A stretch of 32,613 bases of DNA from Candidatus Latescibacterota bacterium. Its GTDB lineage: Bacteria; Krumholzibacteriota; Krumholzibacteriia; Krumholzibacteriales; WJIX01. Made by a program: the position numbers and the translations under genes. Of the stretch, positions 1 to 7,990 are shown one piece after another. How positions within the stretch are numbered: the first letter of the stretch is position 1; each line of letters opens with the position of its first letter. The notes beneath the pieces were generated by a model. The model worked only from the letters and a program-made list of their open reading frames with translations, made no database searches and was not told the origin of the DNA. The stretch lies in contig DAOWMJ010000001.1 of NCBI GenBank assembly GCA_030643145.1, positions 1 through 32,613 of the forward strand, read 5' to 3'.

Positions 1-2
1 AA

Positions 3-1901
3 ACCACTCCGGAGGATTATCGCGAGCTCGGGCTAAAGAGCGGGCTTGAAATCCATCAGCAGCTTCTTACCAAAAAAAAACTTTTCTGTCGCTGCCCCGT
101 TGTCGATTCATATACTGATGACTATGACGCTGAAATATTAAGACACATGAGACCGACACTCTCCGAGCTGGGCGAATACGACGGCACAGCGCTTATGGAG
201 TTCAAAACAAAAAAAGAAATCATCTACCAAATCGACGACAAAACCGTCTGTACATATGAAATGGATGACACACCCCCCTTTGAACTAAACGAACAGGCAC
301 TTGATATAGCTCTTGAAATTACCATGCTGCTTAACTGTAAACTTGTAGGTGAAATCCACATAGCAAGGAAACAGTACCTTGACGGATCAATTCCCACGGG
401 GTTTCAGAGAACAACCATCCTGGGTGTGGATGGATCGATTCCATATCGTGGAAAAAAAATCAGAATCATTCAACTTGGCCTTGAAGAAGACGCGTGTAGA
501 GAAATCAGTGACAAGGGGCACAACAGAGTCTACAGAGCGGACAGGCTTGGTATTCCACTGGTCGAAACAGTTACAATGCCGGATATGAAAACACCACAAG
601 AAGTCGCCGAAGTCGCTCAGATTTTAAGGTGGCTCGTTCGTTCTACAGGGAAGGTCCGGACAGGAATCGGCGCTGCAAGGCAGGATGTTAATGTATCAAT
701 AAAAGGCGGGCGCAGAGTTGAAATAAAAGGAGTATCCGGGATACCTACGATCCCGCTGCTCGTACATAACGAGGCTTATCGCCAGCGGGCTCTTCTTGAT
801 ATAGCCGACGAGCTTAAAAGAAGGAAGATAACTAAAGACAGCTTCCGCTCAGAGACTAAAAAAATAACTGATATTGTAAAAAACACCCTATACTATCCTG
901 TAGCCGAAACAGTTAAGAAAAATGAGGAAGTATTTGCCGTTCTTCTTAAGGGATACCGTGGAATTATGTCGACAAAAACACAACCCGAAACGACATTCTC
1001 TAAAGAGATATCAGATCGCGTCCGTGTAATTGCCTGCCTGGACAGACTTCCTAACATCGCTCATTCCGACATGGAAGGCGAAACATTTTCAAGTTCGGAA
1101 TGGACAAGAACAAAAAAGAAGCTCGGCAGTGAAGAAAATGACGCGATTGCTGTTGTCTGGGGAAATCGGACAGATATTCAAACAGCGATAGAAGAGATTA
1201 AGATACGGGCCATAGAGGCCATTGATGGCGTCCCTAACGAAACACGTCAATCCTTGCCGGACGGAACAACCGCATTTGAGAGAATCCTGCCGGGGCCAAA
1301 CAGAATGTATCCCGATACCGACCTTCCACCGATCGAGATTACTGAAGAAAGGATCGGGAGGATAAAGAACACACTCCCCACCCCCCCCTGGGAACTTGAG
1401 AAAAACTACAAAAAAGAGGGGCTAAGACCGGCATTAGCAAAGAGAATGAGCATTTCGCCAAGAAGACATCTTTTCGATTCCACCCGGGGAATAACCTCTT
1501 TTGACAATCAATCTCTTGCCTTTTTCATTCTCGAAAAACTCAATTACTTGTCAAAAAATGGAGTAATTCCAAACTTCAGCGAAAAAATCTTTCTATCCAC
1601 TTTAAATCAAATGGAGCAAAAAGAACTCCCACTGGAGTTTTTATCGAAACTGCTGGAAGAAACATGTTCCACCAACCCTACCTCGCCGGCCGAAGCCATT
1701 TTGAAAATCTCTCTTCTTAAAGGCAAAAAGGCTGAAAGTGAAATCATCAAATTTCTAAAATCGATTGAAATCCCGGAAATAGAAAAAGGCAAATTAAGAA
1801 ACTATCTTACGGGAAAAGTTCTGGAACATTACAACGGCAGAGTAACGGGAAAAACAACGTCGACGATTGTCGGCGAATTTGTATCTTCATTCAAAAAATA
1901 A
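3..1901 (+). CDS. gatE: Glu-tRNA(Gln) amidotransferase subunit E (5'-truncated; begins before the window)
   Basis: The frame is open upstream of the ORF-track ATG (147) and reads TTPEDYRELGLKSGLEIHQQL...KLFC. It contains RKQYLDGSIPTGFQRT, LEEDA, DRLGIPLVE, RQDVNVSI, RVEIKGV and PGPNRMYPDTDLPP, plus an AspRS-like insertion region; these are GatE rather than GatB signatures. Confidence 0.95.
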   Translation, partial: TTPEDYRELGLKSGLEIHQQLLTKKKLFCRCPVVDSYTDDYDAEILRHMRPTLSELGEYDGTALMEFKTKKEIIYQIDDKTVCTYEMDDTPPFELNEQALDIALEITMLLNCKLVGEIHIARKQYLDGSIPTGFQRTTILGVDGSIPYRGKKIRIIQLGLEEDACREISDKGHNRVYRADRLGIPLVETVTMPDMKTPQEVAEVAQILRWLVRSTGKVRTGIGAARQDVNVSIKGGRRVEIKGVSGIPTIPLLVHNEAYRQRALLDIADELKRRKITKDSFRSETKKITDIVKNTLYYPVAETVKKNEEVFAVLLKGYRGIMSTKTQPETTFSKEISDRVRVIACLDRLPNIAHSDMEGETFSSSEWTRTKKKLGSEENDAIAVVWGNRTDIQTAIEEIKIRAIEAIDGVPNETRQSLPDGTTAFERILPGPNRMYPDTDLPPIEITEERIGRIKNTLPTPPWELEKNYKKEGLRPALAKRMSISPRRHLFDSTRGITSFDNQSLAFFILEKLNYLSKNGVIPNFSEKIFLSTLNQMEQKELPLEFLSKLLEETCSTNPTSPAEAILKISLLKGKKAESEIIKFLKSIEIPEIEKGKLRNYLTGKVLEHYNGRVTGKTTSTIVGEFVSSFKK

Positions 1902-2124
1902 TACTTAAACAAATAGTAATGTTTAGTTCTTTATTACACTAAAAAGTCTCATCTCGGGGGCTATATAAAATTCGGACATTTTAATAAATTCTTTGCCTGT
2001 TTTTCACTTCCACTCATCCGATTTTTCATATATATTATCGATTGAGAAGTGCGGTGAAAATTGCGCTTGAGAAATATTTGGTTAAAACGATGAACCCACA
2101 CCCTATGGATAGAGGTGATCAGTT

Positions 2125-3510
2125 CTGGATTCCAATACCTACAAGGGATACAGCGGAGAAGCACTCGGTTGTTTGAAAGACTATTCAGCCGCGGTTTGGA
2201 GCGATGTTGAAGTAGAATCATCTAAGGGAAATTTCAAAGGGATAGTTTTGCCGCGGTCTGAAACAGCGGATAACAAGCATGTAGTTTTGAAACTGCACAA
2301 CGGTTACAATGTGGGACTTAACGTAAACACCATCACATCGATAAAGATTCTTGGGAAAAAGGAAGCGCACTATAAAATTCCCGAAAAGAAATTCCCCACC
2401 GACCCGGGAAAGTCAAATGTTAAACTTCTCGGTACAGGGGGTACAATCGCGTCACGTCTTGATTACCGGACAGGAGCCGTTATCCCCGCTTTCTCTCCGG
2501 GGGAATTATACGGTTCCGTACCGGAACTCGCCGACATATGTAATCTCGAAACAGAAAAACTCTATGGTGTATTTAGTGAAAATATGGGGCCCGAGCAATG
2601 GACAGGAATAGCGAAAAAAATCGGAGAAGAAATTGAGAAAGGGATTGACGGCATTGTGATCGGTCACGGCACCGACACAATGCATCATACCTCGGCTATC
2701 TTATCCTTTATGGTTCAGGATCCACCTGTTCCTATAGTAATGGTCGGCTCTCAAAGATCGAGTGACAGGCCATCAAGCGACGCGGCTATCAATCTGATAA
2801 ATGCCACCAAAACAGCTGCTAATAGTGATTTCGCCGAAGTAATGGTCTGTATGTTCGGACCGACTAGTGATCAATACGGATTGCTTCACAGAGGAACGAG
2901 AGTGCGGAAAATGCACTCTTCCTACCGTTCTACTTTCAGGACGATAGGGGATATCCCGCTTGCAATAGTTGAAAAGGACCGCTTCATTCCCCTGCGAAGC
3001 GATTACAAAAAGAGAAGAAAAGATAATAATGTAAAGATAATCCCCTCGTTCGACGACAGAGTGTCTATCGTCTATTATTATCCCAACATGAAACCTGACA
3101 TCATCGAATCATTGATCGATAACGGATATAAGGGAATTGTCATTGCCGGTACGGGGCTTGGGCACGTTAATAAACCCCTCTACCCTTCTCTTAAAAAGGC
3201 TTGTGATATGGGTATCCATATATATATGTCCGTTCAAACCCTCTGGGGATATGTCCAGATGTATGTTTATGATACAGGGCGCGATATCATGAACCTTGGA
3301 GTAATTCCCGCGGCGAACATGCTGCCGGAGGTAGCGTATGTTAAACTTGCCTGGACTCTCGGCCAAACCCAAGACCGCGAAGAAGTTAAAAAAATAATGC
3401 TCACTCCGATTGCCGGCGAGATAACCGAACGGGAACCTCATAATGGATACCTTATATACCAGGGCGGAATTCCTGAAGTAGAGGAATTTATCAGCAAGTA
3501 TAAAAAGTAA
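2125..3510 (+). CDS. gatD: Glu-tRNA(Gln) amidotransferase subunit D (asparaginase-like glutaminase)
   Basis: N-terminal domain motif LKLHNGYNVG, then TGGTIASRLDYRTGAV, HGTDT, GSQRSSDRPSSD and RKMHSSYRSTF. The ORF track starts at TTG 2173; a CTG at 2125 behind SD GAGGTGAT is proposed here, so the start is uncertain. Confidence 0.95.
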   Translation: MDSNTYKGYSGEALGCLKDYSAAVWSDVEVESSKGNFKGIVLPRSETADNKHVVLKLHNGYNVGLNVNTITSIKILGKKEAHYKIPEKKFPTDPGKSNVKLLGTGGTIASRLDYRTGAVIPAFSPGELYGSVPELADICNLETEKLYGVFSENMGPEQWTGIAKKIGEEIEKGIDGIVIGHGTDTMHHTSAILSFMVQDPPVPIVMVGSQRSSDRPSSDAAINLINATKTAANSDFAEVMVCMFGPTSDQYGLLHRGTRVRKMHSSYRSTFRTIGDIPLAIVEKDRFIPLRSDYKKRRKDNNVKIIPSFDDRVSIVYYYPNMKPDIIESLIDNGYKGIVIAGTGLGHVNKPLYPSLKKACDMGIHIYMSVQTLWGYVQMYVYDTGRDIMNLGVIPAANMLPEVAYVKLAWTLGQTQDREEVKKIMLTPIAGEITEREPHNGYLIYQGGIPEVEEFISKYKK

Positions 3511-3643
3511 CGTATGTGTTGACCTGCTCACAGGGGGCTACATAGTCACATTTAATTATTTCTATATCTAATCATATAATTCCATTTAATTGATCATCCC
3601 GGGCGCAAAGGATAGTACTCTTCCGTTAAGATAACCCCCAAAA

Positions 3644-3661
3644 CGTAAACAAATATTTACA
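3644..3661. promoter_or_regulatory. Palindromic box 1 (CGTAAA-N6-TTTACA), candidate enhancer-binding-protein site
   Basis: CGTAAACAAATATTTACA is one mismatch from the TyrR-box consensus TGTAAA-N6-TTTACA and lies ~200 bp upstream of the sigma54 motif. Confidence 0.5.
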
Positions 3662-3729
3662 ATTCCGTATTTAAAGGCTTACAGTGTATCTTATTATAAT
3701 GTCACATGTTATCTAATTTACATTTTATT

Positions 3730-3747
3730 TGTAAACTATTTTTTACG
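3730..3747. promoter_or_regulatory. Palindromic box 2 (TGTAAA-N6-TTTACG), candidate enhancer-binding-protein site
   Basis: TGTAAACTATTTTTTACG is an inverted copy of box 1, including flanks (TTGTAAA-N6-TTTACGTTT on opposite strands), ~120 bp upstream of the sigma54 motif. Confidence 0.5.
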
Positions 3748-3863
3748 TTTCATTTATCCACTCTATTATTGCACTCCCAAATTAAAATATTATCACATCT
3801 CTAACTTATTTATTAATCGCATCTTACAATATTTAAGAAATTATTAGAAACAATAAGGAAGTT

Positions 3864-3879
3864 TGGCACAACTCCTGCA
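3864..3879 (+). promoter_or_regulatory. Sigma54 (-24/-12) promoter
   Basis: TGGCACAACTCCTGCA has GG (3865-66) and GC (3877-78) separated by exactly 10 nt and matches TGGCAC-N5-TTGCW with one mismatch. It sits ~60 nt upstream of a small ORF with a strong RBS. Confidence 0.75.
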
Positions 3880-3937
3880 ATTACAGGGAATCAGAAGAAG
3901 TCATTAGAAACTTTAAACAACAATAAGGAGGTTAGAA

Positions 3938-4018
3938 ATGTTTTACTTCACAAATATCGCACTTATCGTAGCTCTTCTTTCAGCCGGTAAAGCTGTATGG
4001 GGAAAAGCAGTCTGGTAA
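3938..4018 (+). CDS. 26-aa small peptide MFYFTNIALIVALLSAGKAVWGKAVW (hydrophobic N-region plus tandem GKAVW)
   Basis: AAGGAGG (3925-3931) lies 6 nt before the ATG; the stop is TAA at 4016-4018. The two pentapeptide repeats differ only at synonymous third codon positions. Too short for the ORF track. Confidence 0.8.
   Translation: MFYFTNIALIVALLSAGKAVWGKAVW
3986..4015 (+). repeat. 15-bp tandem repeat encoding GKAVW twice
   Basis: GGT AAA GCT GTA TGG / GGA AAA GCA GTC TGG: three differences, all at wobble positions. Confidence 0.85.
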
Positions 4019-4075
4019 AGTTATATGAGGGAAACCAGCCCGTGGTTCTTAATAAATTATGTATAATTGTTCAGG

Positions 4076-4108
4076 GGAAGCGGAAACATCACTGATGTTA
4101 CCGCTTCC
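4076..4108 (+). terminator. Strong hairpin downstream of the small-peptide gene (terminator or 3' stabiliser)
   Basis: GGAAGCGG-A-AACATC-ACT-GATGTT-A-CCGCTTCC; the following U-tract is weak (TCAATATTTT). Confidence 0.55.
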
Positions 4109-4344
4109 TCAATATTTTACCCCTGACATTCATCAACCTTACTATTTCAAGATCGTGTAACAGAACAATTCCGCGTAATCACCCGAACGAAAACTTTATT
4201 GCTTACTTTTTCGCGAAAATATGTTACCAAGAAATATGGCCTGCCAGTTAAAATGACGCGGCATTAACCTTTGATTGCACTCATATATGGCGATAGATGA
4301 TCGATCACGGCTCAAACGCTATTTTTGTAAAAGGCGGCAAAATA

Positions 4345-5328
4345 ATGTCTAAATTCACTACTGATGTGAGAAGAGAAACCATTGAAGCTGAAAAGAAAAT
4401 CAGAGATTCAATAAGAAAGACACCCCTCCAATACTCACCGTATCTAAGTAAAGAAAGTGGCGGCAACGTTTATTTAAAACTTGAAAACTTCCAGGTTACA
4501 GGTTCTTTCAAGATCAGAGGAGCTATTAATAAAATCCTATCGCTCGACGACAACTCCAAAGCAAATGGACTTGTAACATCTTCAACCGGAAACCATGGCG
4601 CCGCTTTTATCTGGGCGCTAAGGAAATTTAAACTCAAAGGAACAATATTCGTCCCGGAGAATATATCCAGCGCAAAACTGGAAATACTCAGGCTCTATGA
4701 AGCGGACATTGAATTCTTCGGTAATGACTGTGTGCTCGCTGAAATGAGAGCGAGAGAGATTGCCAAGGAAACCGGACGTGTATATATTTCACCATACAAT
4801 GACCCGAAGATTATAGGGGGCCAGGGGACGGTGGCAATGGAAATTGAAGAAGAGACGCATGGTATAAGGATTGATTCTGTTCTGGTACCTGTGGGAGGAG
4901 GTGGCCTTATCAGCGGAATCGGCGGCTATCTGAAAGAAACGCGTGAAATGATTAAAATCACAGGATGCCAGCCGGCCCGCTCAGCCGTTATGGCAAAATC
5001 TGTCAAGGCGGGAAGAATAGTTGAAATGGAATCAGAAGCAACGATATCCGACGCAACCGCCGGAGGCATTGAGGCAGGATCGATAACATTTGATATATGC
5101 GAAAAATATATTGATGATTTTATTCTGGTTTCCGAAAATGAGATCAAGGAAGCGATAAATCTTATCCTCCGCAAACATTTCATGTTGATCGAAGGAGCCG
5201 CCGCCCTCCCGGTTGCTTCTTTTCTGAAAGAAAAAGAAAGATTTCAAGGAAAAAACACAATTCTTATACTAAGCGGAGCCAATCTGGACCCAGATCAATT
5301 AAAAGATATTCTTTCCCGACCATTTTAA
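4345..5328 (+). CDS. PLP-dependent threonine/serine dehydratase family protein without a regulatory domain
   Basis: YLKLENFQVTGSFKIRGA (PLP lysine), SSTGNHG and VPVGGGGLISG. ATG 4345 follows AAAGGCGG and is preferred over 4297. Confidence 0.88.
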   Translation: MSKFTTDVRRETIEAEKKIRDSIRKTPLQYSPYLSKESGGNVYLKLENFQVTGSFKIRGAINKILSLDDNSKANGLVTSSTGNHGAAFIWALRKFKLKGTIFVPENISSAKLEILRLYEADIEFFGNDCVLAEMRAREIAKETGRVYISPYNDPKIIGGQGTVAMEIEEETHGIRIDSVLVPVGGGGLISGIGGYLKETREMIKITGCQPARSAVMAKSVKAGRIVEMESEATISDATAGGIEAGSITFDICEKYIDDFILVSENEIKEAINLILRKHFMLIEGAAALPVASFLKEKERFQGKNTILILSGANLDPDQLKDILSRPF

Positions 5329-5395
5329 TTATAATACCACGAAACAGCAAATAGCAGATTGCAACCCATAAAAAGATTAGCCTGGAAGGCCGGCA

Positions 5396-6301
5396 ATGTC
5401 TTCATTCCGATACTGGCTTAAAGAACTTAGAGCTGAATTCCTCACTGGAAGCATTATCCCAGTGCTTCTCTCCACGGCGCTTGTCCGGTTTGAAACCGGG
5501 ACTTGGAGTCCTCTTCTGTTTACACTGACACTCCTCGGCGTGATATTCCTTCATTTGGGAGCCAACACAGCCAACGACTATTTTGACCACCTTTCCGGAA
5601 ATGACATTGCCAACACAGAATATATAAGACCATTTACAGGTGGAAGCCGCCTTATCCAGAAAAAACTCATTTCACCGGGTGAAGTTCTTGCAACATCCAT
5701 TTTATTTCTGACCGCGGCGTTAATTGTCGGTATCTTCCTTGTGTCTATGGCAGGTATCGCCATATTATATTTTGGTATTATCGGCGCCATATCCGGCTAT
5801 TTCTATACGGCTCCGCCTTTCAGATTTTCTCACAGGGGGTTTGGTGAATTTGTTGTTGGTATGGGATTCGGACTTATCGGAATAGGGACCTATTTCGTGC
5901 AAACAGGAACTATATCAGGCCACTGCGTTATTTTATCACTTCCTCTCGCTTTCCTTATAACTTCAATAATTGTTATAAATGAGTTTCAGGACAGTAAAGC
6001 CGATTCAAGTGTCGGGAAAAGAACTATCGTCGTCAGAATGGGCAAAAGGAAAGCAGTTTATCTTTTCGCCGCTCTCACTATCGCTTCGTATATTCCAATA
6101 ATTATTGGAACGGTAAGTGGCATTTTGCCGGCACTGACGCTCACCTCACTGGTCACCCTGCCGATTGGAATAAAAGCCATTTGGACCGCGAGAAAGTTCT
6201 ATAATGAATCCGGATATCTCGCCCCCGCGAACGGATCGGCAATACTAAATCATCTTCTTACCGGAATAATTCTGATTATCGCTTATTTTCTAGCTGGATA
6301 A
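5396..6301 (+). CDS. menA: UbiA-family prenyltransferase, MenA-like 1,4-dihydroxy-2-naphthoate polyprenyltransferase
   Basis: NDYFDHLSGND, FTGGSR, YTAPP and NEFQDSKAD...GKRT motifs with multiple TM segments. Confidence 0.85.
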   Translation: MSSFRYWLKELRAEFLTGSIIPVLLSTALVRFETGTWSPLLFTLTLLGVIFLHLGANTANDYFDHLSGNDIANTEYIRPFTGGSRLIQKKLISPGEVLATSILFLTAALIVGIFLVSMAGIAILYFGIIGAISGYFYTAPPFRFSHRGFGEFVVGMGFGLIGIGTYFVQTGTISGHCVILSLPLAFLITSIIVINEFQDSKADSSVGKRTIVVRMGKRKAVYLFAALTIASYIPIIIGTVSGILPALTLTSLVTLPIGIKAIWTARKFYNESGYLAPANGSAILNHLLTGIILIIAYFLAG

Positions 6302-6305
6302 AAAA

Positions 6306-6977
6306 TCAACTTATAAGCCCAAGCTTTTTGCGTGTTTTTAAAACTCTGTCTACGATCTCTTCCTTCGAATCTGCGATGTGAAGAAGATCTAAATCTTTAG
6401 ATAAAATCTTGTTCTCGGCCAGCATCCTGTTCTTTACCCAATCGATCAATCCTCCCCAATAATCCTTGTCCAGCATAAAGACCGGAAATGGCGCGATCTT
6501 ATGAGTCTGAATCAGTGTGAGTGCTTCAAACAATTCATCCATCGTACCAAATCCTCCCGGAAGAATCACAAAAGCCATTGAATATTTGATAAATACAACC
6601 TTGCGAACGAAGAAATACCTGAAGGAAATAAGTCTATCTATGTATGGGTTTGGCTCCTGTTCAAACGGGAGTTCAATATTGAGCCCGATCGACAGGCCTT
6701 TACCTTCCTGAGCTCCCCGATTGGCCCCTTCCATAACACCTGGGCCACCACCGGTAATAATTGGGCAACCATGAGAGGCAAGCTCTTTCGCGATATATCT
6801 GGCATCTTTGTAATTGGAATCGTTTTTTTTCGCGCGGGCTGACCCAAAAAAAGTAACACCGGGATTTACATCCATCATATCTTCAAAACCGTCCACAAAT
6901 TCCGCCATTATTCTGAACAGTCGCCACGATTCTCTGATATTAAAATTGTCTATGAGATATCTTTTTTCAATATCCAC
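6306..6977 (-). CDS. LOG-family Rossmann-fold nucleotide phosphoribohydrolase
   Basis: FGSAR, TGGGPGVMEGAN, FRYFFVRK and PGGFGTMDE; GTG start behind GGAG. Confidence 0.92.
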   Translation of the reverse strand: MDIEKRYLIDNFNIRESWRLFRIMAEFVDGFEDMMDVNPGVTFFGSARAKKNDSNYKDARYIAKELASHGCPIITGGGPGVMEGANRGAQEGKGLSIGLNIELPFEQEPNPYIDRLISFRYFFVRKVVFIKYSMAFVILPGGFGTMDELFEALTLIQTHKIAPFPVFMLDKDYWGGLIDWVKNRMLAENKILSKDLDLLHIADSKEEIVDRVLKTRKKLGLIS

Positions 6978-7189
6978 TGCAGATCTCCATTCTCCCAGGT
7001 GTAGTAACCTCGCCGGTTGTATTCCGTAACAAGATAATTTTTGTTTAACCTTCCCTTAAACTTAAGCTAAAATGCCAGAATATATCAAGAGCTATTAGCA
7101 ATCAAAGAGTTAAAAAAACTTGATTCGTTATTTCAAAGAGTTAGTTTATCATGTACATTTCCAGTTAACATTCAGCCGGAAGAAAAGAT

Positions 7190-7918
7190 ATGTTTCTGCC
7201 ACTTAAAGACATTAATCCCACAAGCAGAAAACCTCTGATCACTATATCTCTGATAGTAATAAACGTACTTGTTTATCTTTATCAAATATCTCTGGGTTCT
7301 GACAATGCCGCTCTTATAGCGTCTCTTGGAACTACCCCAGCCGAAATCGTGAAAATGAAAGATCTGGTAGGCCCTTTCGGGTATCATATAAGACATTACC
7401 CTGGTCCAAACCCGATCTTCCTTACCCTCTTTACTTCCATGTTCATGCACGGCAGTCTGCTGCATATCGGCTCAAATATGCTCTACCTGTGGATTTTCGG
7501 AAATAATGTGGAAGATATTCTAGGGCCATCAAAATTTCTGTTGTTTTACATACTCTGCGGACTCATCGCGCATGCCATGCATATCGCGTCAGATCCATCC
7601 TCGATAATTCCAACTATAGGAGCGAGCGGGGCGATCTCGGGGGTAATGGCCGGATATCTTATGGTATTTCCACGAGCGAGAATCGTCACACTTATGTTCC
7701 TTTTTATCTTTATCAGACTAACGGTAGTACCGGCTTACGTTATCATTGGATTCTGGTTCGTGCTTCAAATCTTTAACGGATTCGGATCACTGGGAGGAGT
7801 TCAAACGGGCGGCGTTGCCTGGTTCGCCCATATAGGAGGCTTTCTCGCCGGTATAGGACTTATCCTTGCCATGGCCGGCGACAAGATATACTGGTTCCAG
7901 AAACACAGGTACCATTAG
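7190..7918 (+). CDS. Rhomboid-family intramembrane serine protease
   Basis: MFMHGSLLHIGSNMLYLWIFG, catalytic GASGA and AHIGG. Confidence 0.93.
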   Translation: MFLPLKDINPTSRKPLITISLIVINVLVYLYQISLGSDNAALIASLGTTPAEIVKMKDLVGPFGYHIRHYPGPNPIFLTLFTSMFMHGSLLHIGSNMLYLWIFGNNVEDILGPSKFLLFYILCGLIAHAMHIASDPSSIIPTIGASGAISGVMAGYLMVFPRARIVTLMFLFIFIRLTVVPAYVIIGFWFVLQIFNGFGSLGGVQTGGVAWFAHIGGFLAGIGLILAMAGDKIYWFQKHRYH

Positions 7919-7990
7919 ATAGAATGCACAATTAACGATAGGATTCAATTGCTGATACGAAACAGTCTGTACGCAATTATAAAATAGATT

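Noticed and set aside
147..149. ORF-track start for gatE
   Set aside because: The conserved GLEIHQQL N-terminal motif lies in frame upstream, so the true start is outside the window.
3849..3929. 11-bp direct repeat AACAATAAGGA at 3849 and 3919
   Set aside because: There are only two copies in AT-rich DNA and the second is the RBS. It is not a CRISPR or iteron array, and no function can be supported.
4208..4219. Perfect palindrome TTTTCGCGAAAA upstream of the dehydratase
   Set aside because: A single low-complexity instance with no second copy or recognisable regulator.
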